Positions 50,982-63,800 of a stretch of DNA of 64,000 nucleotides are shown piece by piece. The notes beneath the pieces were generated by a model. That model had not been told where the DNA came from. It did no database searches and worked only from the letters and a program-made list of their open reading frames with translations. A program made the position numbers and the translations under genes. This DNA is from Azolla caroliniana (taxonomy: Eukaryota > Plantae > Polypodiophyta), in NCBI GenBank assembly GCA_043228905.1, contig JBHGNT010000001.1:30566001-30630000 (forward strand), read 5' to 3'. The first letter of the stretch is position 1, and each line of letters begins with the position of its first letter.

Positions 50982-53900
50982 ATGGCAAGCATATTGTTTC
51001 CCCCGTCTTCTCCATGCAGCAAGTTTAGTGTCTCTCAGAATCCATTGGTTTCTTCAGATTCGATGGCCAGAAGCATTAGACCAAGTATTTCTTCATTCAT
51101 CATTATCTTCTTGGTTGCATCTCTGACTACTGTTTCGATGCTTGGTTTGATATCCAGGTAAGGACAATTCCTTAATGAAATCTTGGGAAGGTTTGTTTTC
51201 TACTTTCAATATATATTTAAGCATTAGATAGAATGTTAGTGTGAAAGGATCTGTCAAACTATGTTTGAGAATAGTTTCTATCAATCTATTTCATTGCCTT
51301 TACAAGTAACAGTTGAATGTTGATTATATGAAGCTATTCCATTGACATCACTACATAAACCCTTTTGATTCTCGAACTATCAATTAATAACTTTTCTGAA
51401 TCATTAAGAAGCTTTGCTACTTAGTTCTGATTTCTGACTCCTTTCTGGAACCTCAGGAACCTTCCTTTCTTAGTTTTGATATCTAGATTAGAATATTTGT
51501 GTCATAAAGTTTTGTGTCGTAGTTATGATGCCAGGTAAGATTTTAAATCCTTTCAGGAACCTCTGGAACCTCTGGAACCTCTGGAACATCTGTTTCTTAG
51601 TTTTAATAGCTAACTCTGGAGTATTTTTTTGTTTGGTATTTGAATGAGAACTTTTTATCCTTGTTGTGTAGAGAGGAGGCATCTGTAAAGCAGTTGGAAG
51701 AATTTGGTGTTGTAAGCAACTTATCTTGTAAGCTTCACCATCTCTTTGCTTTAGTCAAGTGTTTCCATTGACTGTTGATAGGATGAACCAAATACCAAGT
51801 AGGAAGTGTTTTTTCCATTTATTGTTCATAGCTGAATCTCTTTTCTATAGTGCAAGTTAGATGTTTTGTTTGCATTGACTTTTAATACGGAAATTTTCCT
51901 AAAAAATCTCAAGCTAGTAGTACTACTGGCATAGATCCCTTGTAGGAAAATAGTAATAGTAAAATGCAACGCTACACAAAATAATTTTTACTGATACTGT
52001 TATAGATGTGTGTGTGGGTGTGCACATTGTTTCCACCATTGATGTCAATAGTATCTTATGATTAGAATCTGAATAACTATGTCTGAAAAAAAATACAGTT
52101 CTTATTGTCAGAGGCTTGGAAGCAGTATTAGCAATCGTCTTGGTGGCGGCTTTATCTGCCTTTTGTAAATCCTTGACTTTCCTAGCAGCAATAGATTCTG
52201 CAAAGAAGAAGACTGTAGAGAAGGAAACTAAGACTATGAAGAAAATTGAACCAGATTCCCCAGTAAATAGGCAATATGTTACAGAACCAAGGGAAGGAAC
52301 TAAGCAACGTCCACCTCAAACATGGTCCTCTGCAAGTCCAGCAAAAACACCTCAAGCAAGTTTATTGGTTCCTGTCCATCCTTCAATATCTACAAAATCT
52401 ACACGTGCTCAAGGAACTACATGGTCAGGCATTGATTGGTCTGAATCCAAAAAGGTTTCTCCTGCAGCAATTACTTCATCATCAGGTCTGGTATCTCCTT
52501 CATTTGTAAGTCTCAGTCAACCTCCGACATCACCTGTTGATAGTCGGTCGAAACCATGGACTAAAAGTGCTTCCCCTCTATTAAAAGAAGATATATCTAG
52601 TGAAGAGAAATTAGAAGAGTTTTTAGCAGATGTGGAAGGTAAGATGTTAGAATCATCATCTGTGAAGACACCGGCTAGTATCAGTCTTATGACACCGCCA
52701 CCTACTCTAAGAGGAGTGAGTACCATTTCCACGCCAACATCAGGTCAAGCATTATCTAGCACAACTAAAAATACTCCTGTTCGAACAATGAGAATATCAC
52801 CGAGTCCTCAGAAATTTGGTCCTTCACCACGGAAAGGAGAAGGTGAGCTTCCACCACCTATGTCTATGGAACAAGCAACAGAATCCTTTCAAAGGCTTGG
52901 TGTTTATCCACAAATTGAGCAATGGAGAGATAAAATCAGACAGTGGTTTTCAAAGGATTTACTCAATCCTCTTGTCTCTAAGATAGATGGTAGCCATATA
53001 CAGGTTATGCAGGCGGCAGCTAAGCTTGGGTTATCTATTAATGTCAGCCGAATTGGAGGAACTACAGCGGACAATGTAGGGTCATCACAAACTACCGATC
53101 CTCTACCACGGGAATGGGCTTGTACTTTCTCCCCTGATGAAGATGCTCTACTCCACCAGTTACGAGCATATGTTGTTCAAATTCGTGATGCATCGCCGAG
53201 TAAGATTTCCATAAGTCCATTACATGTATGTTGTTCATACATGACATTGGTAATTTTGATTATTTCCATGGTGATGATTGTGTTTAATAATTCTCTATGA
53301 GTCCCCAACCATAATGTTTTAGTGATTGATATAATAACAAATTTGGACCATTTTCATGTTCTTAGATTGTTGTTACAATCTGAATTCAATATTCGTCAAT
53401 ATTTAATATTTACATATTGTTGCCATAACAAATACGATGTTGAATTTTTAGCTCCACAGCCTACTACATTTGGACTCCAACAACAACCTCAAGTACGGTT
53501 TGTTAATCCTGCAATACAAGAATGCCTTGATGCAGTGAATGAACATCAACGCTTGAAAGCTCTTATGAAAGGGGAATGGGCAAAAGGTTTATTGCCACAG
53601 AGCAGTGTTCGAGCTGACTATACAGTCCAAAGGATCAGAGGTCTGATTTCTGAGATTGCCTTCTCTTTATGGAAGAACACTTTTTGAGAGCTGGGTTTTT
53701 CTTGTATATTTTACTTGCATTTTATAACTAAGACATAGGAATTAAAATACTGTTTCTTTAAATGGTGTTTGGTTTGGTCTTCCAAGAACATGTGCACAAT
53801 AGGCGTGTACTTTAAAGAAGCAGGGTCTTTTTGTTTTATGGATTATCACATTTAGAGAAATATTGGTCTAAAAGACATTTAGAGTCTTAGGGGAAGCTGT

Positions 53901-55277
53901 TAAAGGATCATATCTGACTAGTTTTTAATAGGATCTAGAACCGAAGGTACCAAACCTACCTAAATTCTGGTTATGTGTATAATAAACAAGTTAAAGCAGA
54001 AAGCTCGTAATGGTTGCCTTAGCATGAGTTTTCTTATAATTCATGGTCTGAAGATATGTAGAGATTGACAAAGTAAAGATACTGAAAGTGTTAAATCACT
54101 GGAAGGTTTGTGGCATGATTTGGAAGTATTTACAAAAATAACGCACATGCAAACGGAGATCTGGATTTAACTTTTGTAATTGGCAATTTTGGTACAGAAC
54201 TTGCAGAAGGTACGTGTGTGAAGAAGTACGAATATATGGCTACCGGTGAACTATATGACAAGATTGCCAAGAAGTGGACATTAGAATTACCAACAGATTC
54301 TCATTTATTAATTTATCTCTTTTGTGCATTGTTGGAACATCCGAACTGGATGCTTCACATCGATGCAACAACACAGCCAAGCATACAATCAAATAACCCA
54401 TTTTTTGTTGCTAATCTTCCTAACAAAGAGAGGTGTCCAGAAAAGTATGTGGCTGTTCTATCATCAGTGCCATCGTTTCTACATTCTGGTGCTTGCATAT
54501 TGGCTGTGGGGAAACAAAATCCCCCAATATTTGCACTCTATTGGGATAAGAAGCTACAATTTTCACTCCAGGTATGCTATGTAGATTTTGCTAAGTTTTA
54601 GATTCATGAAATAGCTACATCTTCTAGGAAATGGTTTATTTGGTGATCTTGGCTGGTGGTCTTTTTTTATTATCTTATTGATGAGCTATTTTCCGAAAGT
54701 GGCTTATTCTTTCTGTAAAACCCTCACTTTGCCTATTGTTTAAAATTTTATTTATTTATTTCCTGAAATGCCCCCAAACTTTCGTTACTTTCCCAATACC
54801 CTTGGCTCTTATCAATCTAAGATGAGATAAAAGGGAATGAATTGACTATATAATTGCTCATATAATTGAGAAGTGGATGATGAATTGGCCTTATAATGGA
54901 GGAAAATAACGCATATAATTAATTGCACTTTTGTGAAAATAATGAAGAGTCAGGTGCGTTTAGGAAATAAAAAAAATTCAGGGGTGATGCGCAGTATGAT
55001 ACTCATCATACGATGGGTGCTAATTAGGCCCTTTAAAAAAGCTATTTTTTTTATTCTGATTTTCTTGGCCAAAAATCCTAAAACCCTCCTCTATTCTCAG
55101 CTTGATTTGGTGGTAATGTTTCAGGGGCGAACTGCATTGTGGGATGCAGCACTGCTATTGTGTTATAGGATTAAAACAGCTCATGGTGGGGTAGTGCAAG
55201 GAATCAACCTGGGTTCTTCAGCTTTAAATCTCTTATCTGTTTTTGAGATGCCAGAGGGGGATGATTCTGAATGCTGA
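50982..55277 (+). CDS. TMEM209/PNET1-like transmembrane nucleoporin (CytochromB561_N family); exons ~50982-51157, 51672-51727, 52099-53199, 53452-53640, 54198-54571, 55125-55277
   Basis: N-terminus PPSSPCSKFSVSQNPLVSS...SIRPS followed by TM segments. S/T/P-rich linker. KGEGELPPPMSMEQATESFQRLGVYPQIEQWRDKIRQWFS, EHQRLKALMKGEWAKGLLPQSSVRADYTVQRIR|ELAEGTC, KWTLELPTDSHLL, FALYWDKKLQFSLQ|GRTALWD. Splice phases are consistent. Confidence 0.9.
51430..51606. repeat. Intronic duplication with a 9-bp (CTCTGGAAC)n microrepeat
   Basis: ttctggaacctcaggaacc...ttcttagtttt (51443-51477) and ttcaggaacctctggaacctctggaacctctggaac...ttcttagtttt (51552-51604). Confidence 0.75.
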
Positions 55278-56831
55278 AGGTTCATCATTATTTGATACAG
55301 ACAATAATGTATAGCTCTACTGGCTTAATCTAGAAGATACTCTCAGTCAGCTTAATTTTTAAAATCTAACATCCCATAGTTCCATAGGTTTGTGTGTTAG
55401 GATACCGCTTCACATGTAGCTTTGTGAAAACATTGAAATGGAAAAGGATGCTAGCAATGAGTTTTGTATAAAGAGAGAACTTCCCTTTCTGAAAAACAAA
55501 GTTGATGTGCAGGATGATAAAGAACTTTGTCTGATTGATTAGAATTTGGATGTGTTTGTTTTTGTGGTCATGTATATTTTTAGTGTATCTAGGTGCCTAA
55601 CTCCATGTCACAGCTTATGATTTGTTTCTGATCATAACATGAAGATGTTAGATTATAGCATATCCAAGTTTAAATGCATTTAGCATATCCATTTTGTACA
55701 TGCATTGCTGTCGTCATACTTGTATTTTCTTCTCTTCCTCCTATAAGTAACAATTTATGTCAGAACACCCTTTGTATTAAAAACTTTAAATGGTATTTGA
55801 GGTTTTTGTACATAGTGCAATATTGCTTTCTCAGATTTTAAACATGTATCGGATTTTATTTGTAATGTTTTGGCAGATAAGCAATATTGCCCTCTCAGAT
55901 TTTAACATGCATAAGAGCTGTTTGTAATCCTCACTGATGTCATTTTTTATATTCTTGTTTGCAGTTGACTTTCGTGAGACTTTTTTAAGTTTCAGGTATA
56001 TGAAATTGTTACAATCTGGTCCAACTGTACTTTAGCTCAACCTAAGGAATTATACACAATACGTGCTAGCCCAACAAATTAGGTTAATTGATAAGTGTAT
56101 TCCTTATCTATCAAGAGTTGCAAATGGACAACAAATTCGTATGTGTTAGCTTACATGGATGGCTAAGCTAATGTCCATATCAATAGCAGAGACCGCTAGA
56201 ATTATAAACACCTTAAAGATGGCATAAATGTTATTGTTATATAAAATCCTGGTGTTTATTACATGTGACAAATCCAACATTAGAAAGGATACCAACTCTA
56301 GACATGACTAAAATCAAAAATTTTGAATCTTTTCTCATATCCTTTTTTGCTGCATGTATGCTTTGTCTTGTATGATGCCATTCAATAATCACATTCTTCT
56401 GCATCAAATGTGAATCTTCCAATCCATTTCTGTGATTGTGATTCAAGACATGTACAATATTATCAAATGATCCACCCCTAAACCCTACATACAACAGTTT
56501 TCTTTCATTTGTAGAATATTTTTTTATAAGTACATGCATAAGTTTCATTTTGCAATATGAAACTTTATCACTATTGTGGGATGACTTGATGTTCAGTACA
56601 TGTATCAAGTTCATTGTGCAATATAAAGCTTTCTTATCAGACAGATGTTCATTCGTAACCTTGCATACACTTCAGTTGTCGCACATACCCTTGGAATCTA
56701 ATGAGCATTGTGGTTATATTTGGACTGACACACATGTCTGAACTTTCTGGGCGGCTTTCATCTTCGACTGTGATTCATTAACTCATGGGCACCAAAAAAT
56801 ACTTTCAATCCCACCCCTCGTACTGCTTCTT

Positions 56832-59054
56832 CTATGCAGGGGAATTCCTTCTCTTTTCCTGTATTTCATAGAAATCTGTAGATATATCTGCATCAGCATA
56901 TATATGAGACATTAGAATATGGCCATATGAAACATTCGGATCCAGCTGTGCTATATTCTCTAAGCATTCTTTTCCAAGGGCTGGATTTCCATATAACTTA
57001 CATGAAGTGAGTAACGCTGTCCATCCAACAATATCAGATTGAATAGGCATTGACTGAATTATCCGCTCTGCTTCACTTAGTTTCCCAGATCGGCCAAGTA
57101 AATCAATCATACAGTTGAAATTTTCTATATTCGTTGGTAGAGCATTATCTTCAGCTGACATTAAATAATTTTGAGCTCTATTGATGTTACCACCTTGACT
57201 ACATGCTGAAAGGAAGCCAAGGAAGCCCGTGGTTGATAAGCCTTGTCTTTCTGTATTCTCAATGCAATCTCTTGCCTCTTTAAACTTGCCATTGTGCGCA
57301 TATCCTGTGATGAGGGCACCCCATGCCACTACATCTTGATGTGACATACCATCAAACACAAGACGCGCTTCTTCAACATTCCCACACTTGGCATACATGT
57401 CAATAAGGCTACTAGCAACTATCACATCTGAGTCAAGCCCACATTTCTTTATTTGGTCATGAATCATCTTGCCGTGATTGAATGCTCCAATACTGCTGCA
57501 AGCCTTAAGTATGCACAAGAAAACAACCCTATCCGGCTTTATTCCGTCTTGGAGCATTTTCTTGAAAAGTTCAAAAGCATGATGATGTTGCTCATGCTGA
57601 ACATAACCTGTGATTATAGCACTCCAAGATACTACATCCTGCTGAGGCAAACTATTGAATATTCTTTCAGCTGCATCCATGTCTCCACACTTGCTATACA
57701 TGTCTATAAGGGTGCTTCCTAGCAATGTGTCTAATGCGATTCCATCTTCTATTATCTCTTCATGTATCATCCTACCCTTAACTATATCATCGGTGCTTCC
57801 ACATGCTTTTAACATAGACACAAAAGTGCCTTGGTCAGGCCTTACTTTCTCCTTCCGCATTTTGTCGAAAAGGTCAATTGCAAGAAAACCATAACCTCCC
57901 TGTACATACCCAGCAATCATAGCACCCCATGAAACCGTGGTGCGAATAGCCAATAGATCAAAAACCCTACGCGCTTCCCCCAGCAAGCCACACTTTGCAT
58001 ACATGTCAACAAGGGTGTTAGCGATAGTCACATCTGATTCAAATCCACTTCTCACAATTTGCTCATGTAAGACCTTGCCCTGTTGTGAATCCCTTACATC
58101 AGTACAAGCCTTTAGAACACATATATAGATGATTTTATTTGGGGTAATTCCCTTACTTTGAACCTTTGCAAAAAGTTGAAGGGCAAGAAAACCTTGTCCA
58201 TGTTGGACATATGCAGTGATGAGGCCACCATATGATACATGGTTAGGATTAGGCAAATTGTCAAATACTTTGCAAGCGGCCTCTAAGCTCCCACATTTTG
58301 CATACATGTTGATGAGAGCATTTGCAGTGATTAGATCACACTCAAACTGCTCTCTCATGATTTGATTATGTATGGCCATACCCTCCATGAAAGCACCAAT
58401 GACAGAACAAGCTTTGAGAGCACAAAGAAATGTGATATTTGTGGGCTTAACACCATCACGTTGCATTTCTTCAAATAGATTAAGTGCATCAAGACCATTC
58501 TTATGTTGGGCATATCCATAGATCATGGCACCCCAGACGGCAGCATCTCTTTTTGATGCCTTATTGAGCAAGTTTCTTCCATCATCCAAATTACCACACC
58601 TCGCATACATATCAATGAGAGCGCATCTCAAGAAAGGGTCGGAATCTATTGAGTACCTCACAATATCATCATGTACTAGCCTACCAAATCTCATAGAATC
58701 ATCACCAAGTGCACTACATGCTTTAATAATACTTGGAAAAAGCGATGCATTTAGCATTACATTCTGGTTCCGAGCTTTCTGATACATCTCGAGAACACAA
58801 CAATTTTCCCCATGTGTGGCGTATGCATGGATGATGGCATGCCATGTATATATCGAAGGTTCTGAGAGTTGGCAAAACACGAGACTAGATTCAAACAAAC
58901 TTCCACACGAAGAATACAAACATATGAGAGAATCCGCATCTAGTGGTAGAGAATTCAAACTATTATTGAATATCATGAGGCAATGAGCAAGTCTTCCTGA
59001 TACCATATCTTTCTTCTTCGCCCAGACTTGAAGCAAACGGTGAGAGAAGGCCAT
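56832..59054 (-). CDS. PLS-class PPR protein with E1/E2 motifs and no DYW domain (740 aa, intronless); putative organellar RNA-editing specificity factor
   Basis: Repeating P-L-S triplets (LIDMYAKCG, VVSWSAIITGY, FLCILKAC). Terminal NCMIDLLGRSGKL, E1 IVGWTALLTSCKLYGN, E2 GHILMSHIYA. Confidence 0.95.
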   Translation of the reverse strand: MAFSHRLLQVWAKKKDMVSGRLAHCLMIFNNSLNSLPLDADSLICLYSSCGSLFESSLVFCQLSEPSIYTWHAIIHAYATHGENCCVLEMYQKARNQNVMLNASLFPSIIKACSALGDDSMRFGRLVHDDIVRYSIDSDPFLRCALIDMYARCGNLDDGRNLLNKASKRDAAVWGAMIYGYAQHKNGLDALNLFEEMQRDGVKPTNITFLCALKACSVIGAFMEGMAIHNQIMREQFECDLITANALINMYAKCGSLEAACKVFDNLPNPNHVSYGGLITAYVQHGQGFLALQLFAKVQSKGITPNKIIYICVLKACTDVRDSQQGKVLHEQIVRSGFESDVTIANTLVDMYAKCGLLGEARRVFDLLAIRTTVSWGAMIAGYVQGGYGFLAIDLFDKMRKEKVRPDQGTFVSMLKACGSTDDIVKGRMIHEEIIEDGIALDTLLGSTLIDMYSKCGDMDAAERIFNSLPQQDVVSWSAIITGYVQHEQHHHAFELFKKMLQDGIKPDRVVFLCILKACSSIGAFNHGKMIHDQIKKCGLDSDVIVASSLIDMYAKCGNVEEARLVFDGMSHQDVVAWGALITGYAHNGKFKEARDCIENTERQGLSTTGFLGFLSACSQGGNINRAQNYLMSAEDNALPTNIENFNCMIDLLGRSGKLSEAERIIQSMPIQSDIVGWTALLTSCKLYGNPALGKECLENIAQLDPNVSYGHILMSHIYADADISTDFYEIQEKRRNSPA

Positions 59055-60837
59055 GGAAGAGCCTTAGCACAAAAGCTCATCTGGAAATAGAGCAGGGGTT
59101 TGCATATCATAAAAAGCCCCCACGAGGAGAGAAGATAATGAATGTGGTGATGGTGGGTCATTCTGATGAGCTCAGCCTGCTCTGCATAACAGTAAGCATG
59201 GACCATTCTCGTTAAGAATCCAAGAAGAAGAAGATGAAGCCATTGAGAGGAAACCATGAAAGACAGTTTTTGAACTTTTAAGGTATAAGGTTCAGCATAA
59301 TACCAATATTGCCCCTATATATTGTTCAAAGCTCAAAACTTCAAACAAATGTAGTCATTGCCCATCCACTCAAATGAGATCAAATCAGATTGGATTATGG
59401 AATTACAAATTCAAACTTCAATGAGATCGTGATATATCACAAAACTTAGATTTACAGACCATTGTCACCGGAGTGCATTGGTAAGAAGGCTAACAATAAA
59501 ATCAATGTATGTACTTTCCCATTTATTATTGACAATGTCTAAGGGATGTAAAAGTTCCACGAACATTAGCGACATTTAGTCACATAGTTATAACTTATGT
59601 ACATCAATACGGAGCTTAGGACAATAGAAATGAGTATATATGAGAAGGACTCACGAGTTTGTGATGTATTATAGGGTACATCGTGGCTCTTAAAAAAGAA
59701 TTCTCTTTTTTACCTCAAACGACAAATTTGGAACACAAACCTTTCCATTATGGTATTGTAGACCATTAGCAATGTGGAAGGATCCCTTTGAGGGTGTGGA
59801 GATGTCCATTCCATTTTCTGTCGTTATTTTGCAATTTCCTCTTGAAAGTACCATCCCACCCTTTCTAGATAGGAGAAAAATCTATATCTAGGCATTTAAT
59901 CTTCAGGGACAAAGATAAACATCCTCAACAAGTATTATCTTTTAAAATAGTAAATCAATATAGACCGACCAGGAATGTTGGTTACGACAATATGATGCAT
60001 GCCTTGTATGTGCAATGCCTAATAATGGCTTCAAAAGCATGACTTGGCTTATTACACATTATTGATGAAAGCTCATTAGTACAATCCAAGTAGGGCATAT
60101 TCATTGCTTCATTCATTAGATAGGTAAAGGAAGCAAGAGAAAACATGTTTGAACTTTCAATATGCAAGAGGGGACCAACAAATACGTAGAGCTTTAAGCA
60201 TGCTTTTGTCCTTAAATATTCCTCAAAATGGATCGGGAACTCCACCATGCTGACGACATCTTTATGGTATGACAAAGTTTGGTCAGGACACAATGCTAAT
60301 AGATGTCACTCCAACGGTGCTAATACATTCAACCCTTTCCCTCATACAATCTCATATCCTTGCTTGTGAGCTATGGAAGCCGGGTACATTGTAGGGCCTA
60401 ATAAATCATCATACATTACGATAGCCATCGGAAAAAAATTCCAACACAGATTTATAGTCTCTGAGTTGTATGGAAAAACTCTCCGAGAGATCGTGACAAC
60501 GATGGTGTCTCCTTTGGCCTTGGATAAAATGTGTGTAACTGAGGAACACCCTCCCTAGCGAAGGTCCACCATACCCATAAGATTCTCTCCCCTCGCCTGG
60601 TTATATACATACATATATACAACTTTACAAGTTAGTTAGGAACGAGCTTGCACACCTGCGTCTAGAGAAAGACGACCCCTGCTGCTTGTTTGTGTCGGGC
60701 TTGTGTCTGTGGTCTTCTAATTATTACCCAAAACGTAGTGATACCTGACGCAATACAGAGTGTGTCCCCGTCTCATCCATCATCATATATGTTCTTCATG
60801 GGCACTGGAAAAGGACTAGCAGAAGCAGAAACAGAGA

Positions 60838-63800
60838 ATGAACAGGTTAGAGGTGGTTGATTCTTTCCAAGTTTCAGACCTCTGTCATGCCCTCCACCAA
60901 TGCATTAAATACAAAGATTTGGCTCGTGCTAGAATAGTGCATTCCATCATAATCCGAGATAATCTCGACAAAAACGATATTTTAGGAGGCCTCCTGGTGC
61001 GGCTTTTCAGCCTTTGTCAAAGCTTGATCGATGTTAACTTTGCATTTTGCAAAATCCTAAAGCCGAATTTGCTCACATGGCATGCCATCATTTGTGCATA
61101 TGAAAGCCTTGGAGAATGTCAGCAAGTTGTTGATTTGTATGGAAAGCTCCAAGAGGAGGACATTTTACCAGATAAGCTCATTTTTGTATCTATTGTGAAG
61201 GCATGTGGTGGTATTTGTGATAAAACACAAGGTTTTCTTGTACATGATAAAATTGTAAAGTTAGGGCTAGATTTAGATGTTGCAATAGGGACCACACTTG
61301 TACGTATGTATTGTAAGTGGGATTACTTGAGCACAGGACGTGAAGTTTTCAGTAACTTGAGAAACCGAAATGTTGTCACTTGGGGGGCTATAATTGACGG
61401 TTATGCTCAACATGGTCATGCTCTTGCTGCTCTTGACCTTTTTTGTGAAATGCATAGAGAGGGTATAGAGCCAAACAAGGTGATTTTTCTTAGTGTTTTG
61501 AAAGCCTGTAGTAGCTTTGGCAACTTATTGCAAGGTCAATGCTTACATTGTTGGATTCTTAGAAGTGGGCTAGAAATTGATGTTTGTGTAGAAAATGCAC
61601 TGATATATATGTATGCTAAACATGGCAATGTCAAGGAGGCTGAATATTTGTTTCTTAAGTCGAAGAAGCTGGATGTCGTGTCATATGGAACGATGATATT
61701 GGGATATGTGCAACATGGACACAATCGTTATGCGCTGAGACTCTTTGCAAAGATGCAAAATGAGGGCACAATATCAAATAGATATATTTTCTCGTGCACC
61801 TTGAAAGCATGTGGGAACATGAAATCTCTAGAACAAGGAAGACTACTACATGGTGAAATAACCAAGTATGGTTTTGAATCGTGTGTGGCTGTTGGTAGTG
61901 CTCTTGTTGACATGTATATCAAGTGTGAGTGTTTGAGTGAAGCAATCGAAACCTTTGAAACTTTGCCAAGTCGAAATGATGTGTCGTGGAGTGTGATGAT
62001 TTTAGGGTGCGCCCAACATGGTCGTGGTCTCCTATGTTTTGATTTCTTTGATAGAATGGTAAAGGATGATGTTATGGCAACTAGTGTTACCATTTTGGGC
62101 ATCCTAAAAGCATGTGTAACCCTTGGATCTTTGGAACATGGTAGGTTGATACATGCTCAAGTGCTTGAAAGTGGGTTCGAACAAAATATACCAATTGGAA
62201 GCGCACTCGTTGATATGTATGCTAAATGTCAAAGCATCGAGGATGCAAGGAAATCATTTAATTTATTGCCAGAGAAAAATATTGTGTTATGGTGTGCAAT
62301 GATGTGGGGTTATGTTGATCAGGGACAAGGGCCTGCCTCGCTTGACCTATTGGAAAAAATGCCTGAAGAAAACTTAAAACCCAATGATGTCACTTTCTTA
62401 TGTGCTTTGAAAGCATGTGAATCCTGTGGATCTATTGTTCCTGTAAGATTGGTACATGAACTGATAGTGAAAAGCGGATTTGAATTAGATACTGTAATAG
62501 GTAGTGCTGCCATTGACATGTATACAATCTATGGGAGTTTAAGTGACTCCCGGAAAGTATTTGATATGCTGCAGACTCGAGATGTAGTTGCATGGAGTGC
62601 CATGATCACGGCATATTCTCAGCATGGTGATAGCAGTTCAGCCATAGAGCTCTTCAAGCAAATGCAAGTGCAAGGGTTAAAGCTAGACAAAATGATGGTT
62701 TCTGCTGTCATAAAGGCATATGCATTACTAGGAGATTTGGTACAAGGTATGCTGATACATCATGAGTCTGTTCATGATGGGTTTGATCTTGACTGTATTG
62801 TAAGAAATACACTTGTTGATATGTATGCTAAATGTGGAAGTGTTCGAGATGCAGAGCAATTGTTCATTGGTGGATTGTCTACTTGTGATATTGTATCATG
62901 GGGTGTTATGATAGAAGCATATGCACAATGTGGTGATTGTCTAAATGCAGTTCAATTATTTGAAAAAATGCAACTGCATGGCATAGAGCCAAATGCGTCT
63001 ATATTTGTATCAGTTCTGAAAGCTTGTAGTAGCAGTATCCAACAAGGTATGCAAATACATGAACGAGTTATTAGATGTGGCTTTCATACAGATAAGACTG
63101 TATGTAATGCTCTTATAGATATGTATATTAAGTGTGGAAATGTGGAGCAAGCTTACAAACTATTCAACAATGTGAAAGAACCGGATGTCATATCTTGGGG
63201 TACAATGATTGTCGGCTTTGCTCAGCATGGATTGTCTTTCTCTGCACTTCATTTGTATGAAAATATGGTTGAGCAGGGCATTAAAGCAAGTGACATTATA
63301 TTGCCATGCATTTTAAAAGCATGTGGAATGGTTGGAGCTGCAGGGCAAGGTATGCATATACATGATTATGTGATCAGGTCACAACTTGAGGATGACATGG
63401 CAATTGGAAGTGCCCTTCTGGGAATGTATGCTAAATTTGGAAGGTTATTTGAGGCTCGGAAAGTTCTCGATAATTTGCCTAATAGAGATGTAAAATCATG
63501 GAATGCAATGCTTTCTGGATACATGGAACATGATGAGTGCATATTGGCAAAGAAATGCTTAGAAGGGATGCAACAAGATGGGTTGCAATCACAGAGTGTT
63601 ACTCACACTAGCATTCTTGCAGCATGTTCACACATAGGAAATGTGAAAGAAGGGTGTGAATACTTTCTAGCTATGAGCAAAGAGCAATTTTTTACTCCGA
63701 GTTTAGAGCATGTAAATTGCATGATTAATCTTCTTGCCAATGCTGGTTATTTGTATGAGGCAGAACAATTGCTTTGTACAATGCCAGTCTCAACAAGCAT

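Noticed and set aside
56476-56487. CCCTAAACCCTA telomere-like motif
   Set aside because: Fewer than two full units; not an interstitial telomeric array.
56237-56614. 125-aa ORF downstream of the minus-strand PPR, considered as a detached DYW domain
   Set aside because: No HxE(x)nCxxC deaminase signature and no DYW/GRP/DRH terminus.
59340-60600. Short ORFs between the two PPR genes
   Set aside because: No recognisable domain or repeat termini; may be decayed TE or promoter DNA.
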